Source: Callorhinchus milii
Lineage: Eukaryota
NCBI RefSeq assembly: GCF_018977255.1
Contig: NW_024704742.1
Coordinates: 61,630,001-61,694,000 of the forward strand
Reading direction: 5' to 3'
Length of the DNA stretch: 64,000 bases
Positions 24,880 to 38,878 of this stretch are shown one piece after another. The notes under the pieces are model-generated. The model had not been told where the DNA came from and made no database searches. It saw only the letters and a program-made list of their open reading frames with translations. The translations under genes were made by a program, and so were the position numbers. Each line of letters begins with the position of its first letter. The stretch's first letter is position 1.

Positions 24880-27800
24880 CAACAGCAAGATTACATTTGT
24901 ATAGCGCCTTTCACGTCGGGAGGACGTCCCAAGGCGCTGGAAAGAGTACAGCATTTCAGACCTGAGCTGGGGTTGGGGGTGGGGGGGTGGGGAGGGAGAG
25001 GAGGGGAAGGGGTGTGGCTGATGGCATAGTCAAAGAGGAGGGTCATGAGGTGGGACTTGAAGGAGGCTAAGGAGGGGGTGAGGCGGAGTGATTGGGGGAC
25101 TTGGAGCAGGCCGGAGCCGGCTGAGCGGAGGGAATGGGCGGGTTGGTAGAGGGTTAGGAGGTCACAGAGGTAGGGTGGGGCGAGGCCATGGAGGGCTTTG
25201 TATGTGATGACCAGGATCTTGAACTGGATCCTCTGAAGTATAGGGAGCCAATGGAGTCGGGCAAGAATAGGGGAGATGGGGTCACATAGTTTGGTGCGGG
25301 AGAGGACACGAGCTGCAGAGTTCTGGATTATCTGCAGCCTGTGGAGGGAGGATTTGGGAAAGCCGACAAGCAGGACATTTGTATAGTCGAGCCTGGAGGT
25401 GATGAAGGCATGAACAAGAGTTTCAGTGGCCTGAGGGGTGAGGTAGTGGCGGAGTTGGCGATGTTACGCAGGTGAGGGAAGGCAGAGCGGGTCATGGCTT
25501 GGATGTGGGGGAGAAAAGACAGTTGAGAATCGAACAAGACACCCAGGTTCCTGACTGGCGGTGAGTTGCAGTGTGCAACCATGGAGGTTGATGTTGCCAG
25601 AGCCTGAGGTGCTGAGGCGCTGGCGTGAGCCAATCAGGAGGGCCTCAGTCTTGTTCACATTCAAATGCAGGAAATTTGCCCTCATCCAGGACTTGATGTC
25701 CGACAGACAGTCTGTCAGGATAGTAGTGGTCCTGGAGTTGAGGGTGGAGGCAGAAAGATAGAGTTGGGTGTCATCCGCATACATGTCTGCGGATGATGTC
25801 ACCAAGGGGGAGCATGTAGATATTAAAGAGGAGAGGGCCAAGGACAGAGCCCTGGGGGACGCCAATGTGACAGTGTGGGGGCTGGAGGAGAAACTGTTAG
25901 AGGCAACGAAGTGGAGAAGGTGAATCGAACCAGGCAAGGGCAGGTCCGTGAAGATTGAGTAAGGCGGAGAGGCAGTGTATGAGGATGGAGTGGTCGACAG
26001 TGTCAAAGGCGGCAAAGAGGTTGAGGAGGACAATGAGGCAGAGGGAGCCCTGATCACAGATGTCATTTGTGACTTTGGGCAGAGCGGAAGCCAGATTAGG
26101 GTTCAAAGAGGGAATGGCGAGAAAGAAAGGAGTGGAGCTGGGGCGCGACGATTCGTTCTAGGACCTTGGAGAGGAATGGGAAGATAGAGATGGGGCAGTA
26201 GCTGGAGAGGAGGGATGGATCCAGGGAAAGTTTTTTCAGGATGGTGGTGATGACGGCCATTTTTAGGTGGGTGGGAACTGAAGCGGTGGACAAGGAGAGA
26301 TTGATGACATCGGACAGGAGAGGGGCCAGAAGGTGGAGCTGGGAGATGAGGAGAGAGGTGGGAATGGGATCGAGGGAGCAGGTGGTGGGTTTGAGTTTGC
26401 AGTCATGGTGAGGGAGGAGGGAGAGATAGGGTTGAAGGAGTATGAGAGGGATGGGTGGGGGATGTGTCATGAGGGAGAGGTGATGTGGGGGTGGCTGTGG
26501 ACGGGGCAGAGGTGGTTGAACGTATCCCCTCGATTTTGGATTCAAGGAAGTCCAGCATCTCCTCACAGGAGTTTGAGTTTGAGGAGAGGATGGGCGAGAC
26601 ATGGGAGGGTGGATGGAGGAGACGGTTTGTGGTGGAAAAGAGAAGCCTGGGGTTATCCTTTGCCTCCAATATAACCTTGGAGTAGAAGGAGGATTTGGCA
26701 GAGCTAAGAGTGCAGAGGTAGGTCTTGGTGTAGTGAAGCCAATGATGGACCGTTAGTTTGGATTTAGTCCAGGTGTGTTCAGCAGCTCGCACTTGTGCCT
26801 TGAGGGAAAGGAGGTGGCTGGTGTATCAGGGAGATTTACGGGAGTATGAGGCAGTTCGGGAGGTGAGGGGGGCAAGGGAGTCCAGAATGGAGGAGAAGGA
26901 GTTGTGGAGAGAAGAGAGTGAGGAGGGGAGATCGGTTATATCAAATGCAAGGATTATTATTATTATTATTATTATTAGTGAGGGCCAGAGGCGTAGGAGT
27001 TCAGATGACTCCAGGGCAGTGGAGAGGGAGAAAATTTTGTTCCATGGACAGTATGTGGTTGAGAAACAGGAAGGGTACGGACGTGATGAGGGAGATGAAG
27101 TGGTGGTCCGAGATGGCTTTATCGATGATGGTATGTCGGAGACGGTGAGGCCCGAGTGATCACCAGGTCAAGGTGGTGACCACGGTCATAGGTGGTGGAG
27201 TGGATGAGGAGGGAGAGGTTAAAGGAAGGCAAGAGGGAAGTCGGCAGAGGTAGAGCAGGAGGGGGTGAAGTGGAGATTGAAGTCTTAAGGTTAGGAGGCA
27301 TTCAGAGCAGAGAGAGAGTGAAGATAGAAGGGTGGAGCTGTCCGAGAGGCAGGTGGGGGAAGGTTTGGGGGGGGCAGTAAACAAGGAGGATTTTGAGGGA
27401 AAGCCTGGAGGGGTGGTAGAGGCTAAAATGTTCAAAGGAGGGGAAGGTTCGGAGGAGTAAGGGGAAAGGCCGAGGGGGGACTGGGAGATGAGAGCCACAC
27501 TACCGCCATGGCGATTAGGCCGTGCGGTTTTGTGAAAGGTGTAACCTGGAGGTGTGGCCTCAACTAGTGGGAAGGTGTCACCTGGGATGACCCAGGTTTC
27601 GGTGAGGGCGAGGATGTCGATATTTTCCTCGATGGTGAGGTTGTGGATTGTGAGGGACTTGTTGGTTAATGAGTGGACATTCTGCAGACCGATGCAGAAG
27701 GGACAGTTAGTGGTGGGCGTGTGGGGGGGATGAGGTGTTGGAGGGGATGGAGAGGTGGGTTGGATGGGGATGTGCGTGAGGGAGGAAAGGTTGGCTCCCA

Positions 27801-27904
27801 TGGGTGAGGCCGGTGAACCTTGCAGCAAGAGTGGGGGAAGGGGACGGGGTCGGAACATCTTGGGGAAACAGCTCGGGTCAATTGCGGCAGCCAATGTGTG
27901 CACA
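24880..27904 (-). mobile_element. Degenerate L2 LINE spanning APE endonuclease, RT and the 3' tail
   Basis: Minus-strand peptides IGLQNVHSLTNK...DILALTETW (APE), [17 protein letters not shown] and LNVNKTE (RT). Many frameshifts. Confidence 0.92.
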
Positions 27905-28287
27905 ACCAAAGGCACGATAAAAGAGAAGGGTCTTGAGACCGACCTTGAAGGATGCGAGGGAGGAAGCGAGGCAAAGAGACCATGGGATGGAGTTCCAGAG
28001 TGTGGGGGCAGAGAGGCTGAAAGCCCGGCCACCAATGGTAGGGCGGGTCGGGCGGGAGACATAGAGCAGGCCGGAGCCCTCTGAACAGAGGGAGCGGGCA
28101 GGTTGATAGGGAATCAGCCGGTCAGAGAGGTAGGAGGGGGCAAGGCCATGAATGGCCTTAAAGGTGAGGGTGAGGATCTTGAACTCAATCCTCTGGGGAA
28201 TGGGGAGGCAGTAAAGTCGGGCGATGGTGGGAGTGATGGGGTCGTGGAGCCTGGTGCGTGAGAGTACACAAGCTGCAGAGTTTTCAA
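27905..28287 (-). mobile_element. L2 3' fragment, 5' piece (continues at 24731-24879)
   Basis: ENSAACVLSRTRLHDPITP...FKVGLKTLLF. Its 3'UTR and tail resume at 24879 after an ACCAA duplication. Confidence 0.8.
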
Positions 28288-28635
28288 TGCACCCCACTTA
28301 CCTAATTCTAGAGAGTATTAGGTGCAATTTGGCAAGACCCAAGGCTTGGAGAGTTCAGCGTGTACAAGAGTTCAGCAGCTAAAACTGCTAGCCTGCCATT
28401 GAGAACGTTGGTTGGCAAAATTCCTGCTGCTTGTGCAGCTAGGACCACAGTACTTCCTAAACCTATTAGGGCTTTAGCTTGCATGGTTAACTGGCAGTGA
28501 GTGGGAAAAATCCCTGCTCCTAGTGATTGATCTGCCCCTCCGTGTGCTGCCGATGAGCCAAGCAAGCCGGTCTGTCATCAGCAGTGCCCTGGAGTACTGC
28601 CGACCAGTCTGGCTGAAGAACCAGACCGCAGAGAA
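28287..28635 (-). mobile_element. Unclassified ~600-bp repeat, 5' part (3' part at 24570-24730)
   Basis: The reverse complement aligns by eye with 54720-55067. Confidence 0.75.
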
Positions 28636-28951
28636 TTGACTCGATTATGACATTTCATTGCCAAATATGTCACCTTCGATTTTACATATTAAGTGAGCAA
28701 AATACTTAAAGCTGATAAAATGTGATTGAGCAAGGCCTATTGTACACATTGAGACAAATTATTTGAAACCTATTTAAAAGCATCAGTGTTAATGTAGACA
28801 TTGGTGTCTTGTGAACATCTAAAGGCCAAAGTGGTCCATGTGGGTGCAAGTGATAAAACTTGTGAATCATTGTGTTTCAACATCTCTGCGTAATTTAATG
28901 GCACAGCACCTCACAAATATACTCTACGTTTGTAATTTTTCTGAAATAGCT

Positions 28952-29368
28952 TTCAGCCTGACTCATTTGGTAGCGCTCTTGTCTTCGAGTGAGCAACTTG
29001 TGGGTTCAAGCGCCACTTTAAGATTTTGAACTCATGCAGTCAATGCTGACAATGCAGCACAGTGTTTGGGTGTGCAGCATTGTTGGAGATGCTCTTCTTT
29101 GGGTTAGACATTAAACTGAGGCCTCGTCTGCCTATTCAGGCGAATGTTAAAGATTTGAAAAGAGAAGGGAGTTTCTCCTAGTGTTCTGGCAACATGCCAT
29201 TGATCATACACTTCATGGTTGTTTGTGGAAGTTGCTGTGCACAAATTGCCTGCTGTGTTTGCCTACAAATACACAGCTACTTAATGTTACAGTAAATCTT
29301 GTAAAGTGCTATGGGGCATTTTGACAAAATGATAAGTTGCTAGAGCAACTCCAGGTGTTATTATTATA
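28952..29368 (+). mobile_element. DeuSINE-type SINE
   Basis: Head tcagcctgactcatttggtagc...gggttcaag; core agacattaaactgaggcctcgtctgcctattcagg. Confidence 0.7.
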
Positions 29369-29907
29369 ACATGAACTGTGGGTGATTCATATTATTCAAT
29401 GTTTTTATTATTGTAGGAAGCACTCTGGAAAAAGGACATTGCTAATCTGGACCTTTCAGAGTCCATTCCCATCACTCTGGTTACTTCCTCCATGGTTACT
29501 AAAGGACTGTTGTTTGACTGGGATTAGATGCAGATAGGACATCATATCAACAATAACAAGATTACATTTGTATAGCATCTTTCACGTTGGAACGTTATGA
29601 ATATATGAATATCAGAAGTTAATATGAAACAAATACTGTATTAGGAAGTTCGGCTGATCATTCTGTACACTCGTCAGAATTAGTTTGCAGACACTGCATT
29701 ATATACAGATGTGAGAAACCAGGTTCTTATCAGCAAACTGAATTTGTCTCACTTTCAATCTAAGCACTTTGAATTATAAAATAAGTGTGACAGAAATAAT
29801 GCAACAGCTCTGGTAGTTACAGTGGTGGTTACTATTATAATATGAAAAATAATGAATTCCGAAACAGCATTCTGAGAGAGGAGATATTGACGATTAAAGC
29901 ATTCAGA

Positions 29908-30075
29908 TTCACAAGATCATAAGATTGGTTTGGATGAATAAGGCCCATCTGATCTCATCCCTCCAGAATACCCACCCTACCCCATCACAACTTTTTATTG
30001 CGTCCAGTGTCTTGTCCTATCCCACCTTTCCTGGCAACCTGTTCCAGTCGTTGATTACCCTCTGCATAAAGAAAC
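29908..30075 (-). mobile_element. CR1 LINE 3' end fragment
   Basis: GFFMQRVINDWNRLP (CR1 ORF2 end) and a gatcttgt-type repeat tail; similar ends at about 9287-9480 and 17035-17150. Confidence 0.65.
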
Positions 30076-30821
30076 CTACTGTGCATATATGTGTAGACAG
30101 ACAGCTTGCTTGAAAATGAGTAGGAAGGGATGTTGGAAGGTGATCCGCTGATCCAGAAGTCAGTGCAAAAAAAAGGCAGCCTTTTGAAGTGAGCTGGCTG
30201 GCTTTTCTGTGCACATTTTGCATTTTATTTGGTAACTGTCAGGTCTACAGTCCAAATGGCTTATAAGCAAACCAGCATTCTAATGAAATATGCTAAAATG
30301 GGGGAATTCCACTGTATTTGTGAAACATGCTCCATTAATAGTGGGATTGCTTGTAAGAAAAGCTTAGCGGCATTTACAGATTCAAGTTTAGGTTCAGTCG
30401 AAGATTTTTAAAAAATGTTTGCATTTCACACCCTTGATTGTAAAGATTTTGTAAAAATTGGATCAAAAGTAGTATCTTTTAAACAATCAATTATATTTGA
30501 TTAGCTACAAACTCGGGTTAAAAAAACATTTAAATTGATGTAAGCAGGGCAGGCAAATAGATTTTAAGCAGATAAGTGTCTACATACATTGTGTTGTTTT
30601 AAGTTTTATTCTGGGATCTTTGGGCATACATCCAAAAGGATAATAACAACATGCATGGAACAGGATGTTCACTTATTACAATAAGGATCCAACTCACTAA
30701 TTACTTTCAGTCATGGAAAATCTACTTCCCATATTTCCATATGATTTATCGCACTTGGGAAAAAACTTAAATATTATGTGAAGAAAATTAACCCAGTTTT
30801 CTTCTTTTATTTCAGTCAGTT

Positions 30822-31480
30822 CAGCTGAGTTCGTCCCATTCTTACCTGCAGTTCAGAAGGTTGTAGGTTCAAGCCCCATGCTGGGACTTTGAGTTCAAAA
30901 TCTTGTCTGACACTTCAATACTGGGGAAGGACTGGGGAAGAGCTGCATTGTCAAAAGCGCTGTCCATCAGATGAGGCATTGAAGTAAGGTTTTGTCTGCC
31001 CGTTATTGCTAACAAGATGTAAAAGATCTCATGCACTATTTGTGTGTCAGCCTGGCTCAGTTGGTAGTCATCCCGCCTGAATCAGAAGGTTGTGGGATCA
31101 GCCCCATGTAGGGACTTGAAGCTCACATAATCTAAGGTGAAGCTCCAATGCGGTGCTGAGAGTGTGCTGCAGTGTCAGAGGGCCATCTTTCAGATGAGAT
31201 GTTAAACCGAGGCTCCATCTGCCTGTTCAGATTAAAGATCCCATAGCGGTTTTCCAAAAGAGAAGGGAGTTTCTAGCAGTGTCCTGACCAACAATGTCCC
31301 CAAATAAAATTGGTTATTCAACAACAATAACAACAAATTACATTTGTAAAGTGCCTTTCATGTCAGCAGGACGTCCCAAGGACACATCATGGCTCTTTGT
31401 AGGATTTTGCTGTGCACAAATTGGTTGCCATGTTTGTCACCAAAACACATATTCACTACACTTTATAATATCTGTAAATC
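30822..31480 (+). mobile_element. Two tandem DeuSINE-type copies (30822-31043 truncated; 31045-31480)
   Basis: tgtcagcctggctcagttggtag...ctttcagatgagatgttaaaccgaggctccatctgcctgttcag...aaagatcccatagc. An L2 tail is inserted at about 31320-31385. Confidence 0.75.
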
Positions 31481-32926
31481 CAGTCTTGATTTGGAAACGT
31501 GGGGATGAGTGGTTTGGCCTATAAGTAAAGATTGGAGGAACTGGGCCTTTTTTTTGGCTGAAACTAGGACTTTTGTTGCTGGGGAAAAAGATTGAGGGGT
31601 GACCTGATAGAGTTCATTAAAATTATGAGGGGTTTTAATAGAGTCAATTGGAAGAAATTATTTCCAGAGGTCAATGAGTCAGTAACAATTCTAGGGGGCA
31701 CCTTCCTCCAACACAACACATGATTTCCTTCAGTGCCTTTATTCGCGGGGTACATTAAATGGGATTGAAAAAGAAACTGAGCAATTCCCTGTGAGCTGCT
31801 TTTAGCACATTTCAACATGATTACAGGTGTTAGATAAAATCCAAGGATTGTTTTTTTACTCCTCCACTGGGGCTGCTAATTGAAACCTATAGCCACATTT
31901 CAAAAGCTTGTTAAATGCTTCCCACGAATCATACAAACCATCTCTTTCATTGCAGAAGAACGTCTTTAGAATTTTAGTCATTTGGTCAAAGACAATCATC
32001 TGAGCGCCAGAGAATCAGACCTCATAAATGGCTTTAAGGTTAAGTCTAAGAAAATTCTTTTTTATTTCATTAAAAACTGCAGAAACCAGGTTCCAAATTT
32101 CAGACAAAGAATGGTCTTAAGGAAAAGACAATGAGAAACTTCAGGCCTCAGATGTAGCAGAACAGCTGTGAATTCCAGCATGTATGGCTTTTTGTTTTTT
32201 CATACTTCATGTTCCAGAGGTAAGTTTTTTCCTCACTGGCTTCCTGCAGCCATAACATCACTGGATCTATCTGCAGAAAGCAAATGACTTGTTTCTGGCT
32301 GAGTGACTTGGCTAGCTTCCATTATTCCAAACAAGCATTTCATTGCCCATTAAATTTACCACTGACAAGAGTTACTGCTGGTTAAAAGCTATACTGACAA
32401 TAAGTCTTCCACTGACACGTTTACCACCTTTGATGTATATCAAGAGACATATTGAAGTCTCTTGTATTTATTAATTATTCTAATTTTTTTAGAAAACGTT
32501 TAAGAATTGAACTTGAATTTCAAGGCCTTTGGACTTATTTCACTCAATTGTCTTTGATGGCATTCTTTTGGGTTACTAAATCATTCAGACCTGACTCTTT
32601 TTTACATTAACAGTCCCACAGGATGTGTGAGTCTCTAAACATTCAGTGGCTGGCTAGTGTTGTCTCTCCATGTTCTCCATGTCATCTCCATGTCCTGTGC
32701 ACGCAGCTCATTCCATGAGAGGGTTACACACTCCCCCATTCAGATTTGTTACTGGGTTCGAATGAATAACTGACACAATTCTACAAAAAGGAAAATATAT
32801 TACTTACAATTTACAATTGATTGGAATCTTAACGGAGGAAGTCACACAGAGGGGTAAAGATAGCAGCATAAAAATAATTACCGGATATTATTACATCATC
32901 GGAAATTCCAATAATGTTTGGCCATC

Positions 32927-33131
32927 AACAACAACAACAAAAAGATTCCATTTATAGAGCGCCTTTCACGTCGGGAGGACGTCCCAAGGCGCTGGACAGT
33001 TGGGTCAGGACCCGAGCATTGGGGGGGAAATGGTCAGGGTGAGGGGAGGGAGGGAGCGAGGAGGGGGTAGAGAGTCGATAGGGGAGCTGAAGGCACGGTC
33101 AGAGAGAAAGGTCTTGAGACCGGCCTTGAAT
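32927..33131 (-). mobile_element. Young L2 3' end
   Basis: Reverse complement is nearly identical to 3800-4000. Confidence 0.85.
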
Positions 33132-35339
33132 GATCTCTCTCTCTCTTGTAACAATCTAACAAGGCGCTGCATCACCACAAGGATTCTTAGAGTTCCCGTG
33201 GGTTGTGATGATGCATTTCCAATTATTGTTATTAATAACTACCATTACGAATCACCGTAATTCAGATTTACTGTGTGTGATCATTCTTGTCAGATTGTAT
33301 TGAACAGTGATGTGAACTTTAGAAAGCACTTTAAATTATTTCAGTGCAATTCACACATCATAAGTGGAGAAGGCAAATGGTGATAGGCATTGTGACTAGG
33401 GTGCTTTTAGTTCCATGTGTTTCCCAGGCATAATCTGTTGCTGGAAATACTTTTTGAAGGGCTTTCTTGCATGAAGAGATCAAGTGGCCACGCACTTCTG
33501 ACCTCCTTGGACACCAATATACATGTTTCTGGTCTGTAGTATTTGTGTGCAATCAGAATACATCATGCAGATATTATTAGCTTGAAACCAGTACAGTGTG
33601 TAAATATCACCAGCTATAGAAGACGTTTTTAAGTGTTCCCAGTGGTTCCTTTCACTGAGCTATAAACTGCAGCAACACCAAAGTTGCCATCAGCTGTGTC
33701 CAAGCAAAACATGAGCTAGGGCTCTTCCAGCTGTCTCAAAAAGTACTTTGAATGATGGAATAGAGTAATTAAACCCTGCATAGTACATCCAGATATATCA
33801 AAATACATTGAATTTGGGTCTTCATTCTATGCTGCTATATGTTGATCGCTGTTAGAACTGCTTTGTGACAATGTTGAAACTACAGTATTTACATTTTCAG
33901 AAAATCTGATATTTGCCAATCTGTGCAATTGACATCAACTCTATTCTTTCCATGTAATCTGTCCCTGAGACACCACCAACTGTGTTGGCTGTTGTAATGG
34001 TCATAGGCTAGCAAGAGTCTATGAGAGACTACTACTTAGCAATAACCTCTCATTCTATTACTTGGTAATAGACTCTGTGTTAACCATATTCAAATGTTTT
34101 GGAATAGAATAATTTAAATTATTCCCAATTATATGAACATGGGCCGTGTGTGAAACATTGTCACGAAAGTCTGGAATATAAAGTGGTGGTTTTCAGTTTC
34201 TCTCACAACTACTGTATCCTATCATTCATTACATGCAAATCTTTCATTCAACTGAACAAGACTGTCATTGACTTAGCTTCTTCGTCTCCAACCTCCCATC
34301 CCCATCCAAACCTCCTGATATCTGCCGCAGTTACTTTTCAGACATACAATAGGTTTCACGATTATCATCTTCTTCTCAGAAATAGAGGGGGTGGAAATAA
34401 AATATGTCATTTCAAAACAGGTACAATAATTATTGAACATACTTTGAAATCTGTTATGAAATGTCATATCTTCCCCCATAATTACTTTCCGCTAGATCCA
34501 CTGCTGTATTAGAATTTTCTTTATCCTCTCATTCTATTCAGTCTCTTAGCTCCTAAAGGTATGTCATAACTCTTCATATGATTCCCTTTACTGGAACAAT
34601 TTTACTTATGCTCCTCTGACTTTCTCAACTACCTCCTTTAGCTCAACGTTTGCCTCCACAATACAGTCACTACAGTTTACAATAAATCCTGCGCAAAACA
34701 TTGAGATGTGCTCCTGATGTGAAAGGCACTATCAAGTGCAAGGGTTATTGACCATTGTCAATTCAGCCTGAGTTTCTTAGAGTGACAGTCTAACCTGGAG
34801 AAAGCCACTCTAATCATGCTGTGCATTAGGTTGAGACCAATTGTTCTGATATTCTTGAACCCTTTTCAATGGTCAGCTGAGAATCCGACCCGTGCAAATG
34901 CATGTTGTCTTCAACTTAGGGAGTAGGCAGATCAGCAATAAACAGTTCACCACCATTACTCTTTCCCCTCCCTCCCTAATTGTTCTTTTGTTCTGTGAAA
35001 ACGCAATACTTTGTGATATGTAGGTTGAACATTTTATGAAACATTGTGTTTTTCACTCCTATTTGGGAATTGTCTCTGCTAAATAGTTGCACTGGGTTCT
35101 TTAGTGCTTTCATTCTGTCACACTATTCTGGAGTTCTCTGCTTCAACTTGCCTAAGTTTTGCCTGACTGCTTAAGTTGATGTTCAGTATCTTCATGTAAT
35201 GCTGCCCTATGTTTAAACTCTCTATCTTACCCACAAACACACCTGTGCATTTTGTGAGCAAACACAGCATCAAATATGCATGCAGCAATGTCCCATATAT
35301 AGCTATGAAGTTATTGACCAATTTTATCTGAAGGTATAC

Positions 35340-35570
35340 CAGGATACTGGGATAAACACTCTTCTCTTTTCTAATAGTGAATTAGAATCTTTAAAATCCC
35401 CGAAACAGGTAGACATGACCTAGCTTTAATGTATTATCCGAAGGACAGAAACTCCAACTATGCAGCACTCCCCTAGAATTGCATTTGAGTGTCAGCCTAA
35501 ACTTGCAAGTTCAAAATCCCCATGTGGGGCTTGAAACCAGAATATTCTGACTCAGGCAACTGACAAGACT
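35340..35570 (-). mobile_element. DeuSINE-type SINE fragment
   Basis: Reverse complement has the head and the ttaaagctaggtcatgtctacctgtt core variant. Confidence 0.6.
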
Positions 35571-35714
35571 GAAACCTATGTTACCAGACATGAATCTAAC
35601 CTAACATCAATCTAATTTTGGAAAGGCCAATGACAACATAAAACTTCAGAGTGATATTAATCTCTTTACTGTTGAAAAATAAAAATAGATTGTTATGAAC
35701 TTGAGTTGTGTTAC

Positions 35715-35935
35715 TTAATGATAATAATCCTTGTATTTGATATAGTCTCTGTATTTCACGTCAACAGGACATAATAATAATAATAATAATAATCCCTGCA
35801 TTTGATGTAGCGCCTTATCACATCTTTGAGATGTCTCAAAACACTTCACAGAATATACTGTAAAGTGAATTGACTGTATATTTAGTGGGCGAAACACGGC
35901 AGCCAATTGTGCACAGCAGCGCCCCACAAACAGTC
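35715..35935 (-). mobile_element. SINE 3' half plus an extra tail
   Basis: Reverse complement of the SINE body and (ATT)n tail. Confidence 0.8.
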
Positions 35936-36844
35936 ATACTCAAAAATGCAACCCCGTGTGAAGGGCGCTCTATAAATGCAAATTGTTTGCTGAGTTTCGG
36001 AGAGATGAAAGCATTATTCTATTTATTTTATTTTGAAATTCACCAGTAAATAAAATGTAGCCATATGAACCACCAATAATGTATTTGGAATCAGCATCAC
36101 ATGACCTGTGTAAATCCCTCCCAATTATAAAAATCATAATCTCACATCTTCCCTTGGACAATCTGTAACTGAACTATGATCACTTCAGGCTACAGCTTCA
36201 ACTAACCTGTCATTCTCTCAGGAGAGGTTTAGAAACCTTAAAATACTGGAAATACACAACAGGTCAGCACCAGTATCTGAAAGCAAAAGAGAAGTCGTCA
36301 TTACCAGTGTGACTATTTGTTAGAATTCAAGCGATATGGGACAAGCACATTTCTCTCTTGATCAATGACAACACAAGAAAGCTATTAAGTGTCAGTGCTC
36401 ATTTCTCTCTGTAAGTACAGTCCATTTCATACAATCCTTGCAGTTAATATAGTGTTGTATATGTCTCAAAGCGCTTCACAGGATTTTACTATAAAATGTA
36501 GTGACTGTATATTTATAGGCAGTGGCTTTGCAACCGGGGGGGGGGGGGGGGGGGGGGAACACAGGTCATGAGTGGCACCACTTTGCACCACTCTCTGTGC
36601 TGCTCATATCTCCTGCTCCAGCTCTTTTCCTGTCGTGCTCCGCGTTGCCTCTCACATGGTTGTATGAAGCACGAAGCAGTGCAAGAGTGACGGGATAGAG
36701 ACAGAGCGGGAGGTAAAAGCACATAAGTATACCTGAAAGCACGTAGGAGTCAGTTCCTTCCCTCCCCCAACCCTCTATACCTCTGCCACTGTTTATAGGT
36801 GAAAGCACGAGCCAATTTGTTCACAGGCAAAGGTGAAGCAGTGA

Positions 36845-37095
36845 ACAACAACAGCAACAAGATTTCATTTATAGAGCGCCTTTCACGTCTGGAGGACGTC
36901 GTAAGGCTCTGAACAGTTGGGTCAGGACCCGACCAGGGGGGAAATGGTCAGGGTGAGGGGAGGGAAGGGAGGGAGCGAGGAGGGGGGAAATGGTCAGGGT
37001 GAGGGGAGGGAAGGGAGGGAGCGAGGAGGGGGTCGAGAGTCGAGAGGGGAGCTGAAGGCACGGTCAAAGAGAAAGGTCTTGAGAGCAAGGGAAGA
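36845..37095 (-). mobile_element. Young L2 3' end with a ~46-bp internal tandem duplication
   Basis: gggaaatggtcagggtgaggggagggaagggagggagcgaggaggggg occurs twice. Confidence 0.85.
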
Positions 37096-37989
37096 GGAAG
37101 AAGAAGGTCCATTGTGCACAATATCATCCCAGAGTTTTAAGAGGACACTAATAAAAGTGCAAGGACCTGAGTGTCTGAATTTCAATTCAGTATCAGAACT
37201 GCTGTTTTTTTTAAGTTTGATTTATCTTCAAAGGTACAGCTCATTTTATGCAGCTAGTTTCCTCAGCAGCCAATTAGGTTGTGTGTTTGGCATTGAGTCT
37301 GTCAATATTACACCATAAGTATACAGCTGCTATTGCACTGATCCCTTACATGTCAGATATGATCCTTTCTATGTAGTGTATTTCCTGGTAATGAATGGCA
37401 GCTATATCTGCATCAACTTGTCTTGGATTTTATTTTTCCTATTCCTTGGCATTATAAACATTCCACAAGCTCCTACGCAAAAACAGAAGTCGCTGGGAAC
37501 ACTCAGCAGGTCAGGCAGCATTTATGAAGAAAGGAAAGTGAGTCAACATTTTTGGTTCACGACCCTTCCTCAGGCCTGGGGCATGTTGAGAGGGAGAGGC
37601 TTTTAAGGACTAACAAAGATGGGGGAGGCAGGGCAACAGCAACAACAAAATGACATTTCCTTTCACGAAGGAAGACAAAGGAGAAAATGGGGCATAGGAC
37701 AGGAGATGATGGGTTAATGAGGTGTTAATAATGCAAAACAAAGGGGGAGGGAAGGGGTTGAATTGCAACAAAACCGGCAGACCAGAGAGAAAAGGTGTGT
37801 CTGGGACCCAGATGATGTGGTCACAGAAGCGGAGGAGGGGCAGGTGAGTTGTTACAGTCTAAAATTATTGAAATGGCTCAGTATTGAGTCACAATGTCTT
37901 GATGGCTCAATACTGGCCTCTTTTCTCCATCGGTATCATCTATTCTCTAAAGGGCCTCCTGCCACTCATCACTTCAGTTCTGATCATTT

Positions 37990-38152
37990 TTTTTATTAGC
38001 CGAGTGTCTGACACAGGCAGAAAACTTATCACCATGCTTAAGAGTTTCCAAACCAAACTGGAGTATTGAGGACCCATGTGGCTCAGGAACCAAACTACTG
38101 AGACCACCCAAAGGGTTGACTCAGTGCTAAGCATGTCACCTGGAACCATACC
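37990..38152 (-). mobile_element. Unclassified ~600-bp repeat, internally deleted copy
   Basis: The reverse complement joins sequence like 54660-54765 to sequence like 55144-55217. Confidence 0.7.
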
Positions 38153-38642
38153 TGTTATGGCAATGTTATACATGATATCTGTCTGCTCAGGCAGACTTAA
38201 AGATCCCATGGCACTACTCAAAAAAGAAGCAAGATTTTCCCAGTGACACTGGCCAACAATCCCACAGATCATATTGGTCACTCACTTTATGGTTAGTGGG
38301 ACATTGCTGTGTGAAAATTGCCTGCTGTGTTCACCAACAAATACTCAGTCGTCACACTAAAATACTGTGAAGCACTTTGAAATGTGTCTGGCACTTAATA
38401 CAGTGCTATACCAAATATAATACAATACAATTTACACTTATATAGTGCCTTTCATATTGGGAGGGTGAACCAACCATTGGTTAGCAGGAAGGGAGATTGA
38501 GGCCAGGTCACTGGACTAATTTAAAAGAAACAGCTTGATGTGGTGCTGGGAAGGTGGTAAGGGGGGTGTTCTGGAAGGATGAAATCAGATGATCAGATCA
38601 TGCAAACCAATCTTATGAAAGACCATTTCTTGTGAAAGTCCG

Positions 38643-38878
38643 TGGAGACTTGTAGCTCAGCACTATCTTCGCAAGCGAGAGGACCTGGGTTTGATTCCCA
38701 GCAGGGCAAAACGTTGTGCAAGTTTCCTTACTTCATATGCCTCTTTTTACCTAGCCGATTGGTGGATCGCTTTTTTTGGGGTAATAATTCCTTCAAAAAA
38801 AATTGTTTACTCAGTCCACGACTATTTGTGGGACACTGCTGTATGCAAATGCAAGAATTTTTATTATGATTATTATAT
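38643..38878 (+). mobile_element. tRNA-Ala-headed SINE with internal deletions
   Basis: Head tggagacttgtagctcag...tcgcaagcgagaggacctgggtttgattccc; tail aaatgcaagaattt. Confidence 0.8.
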
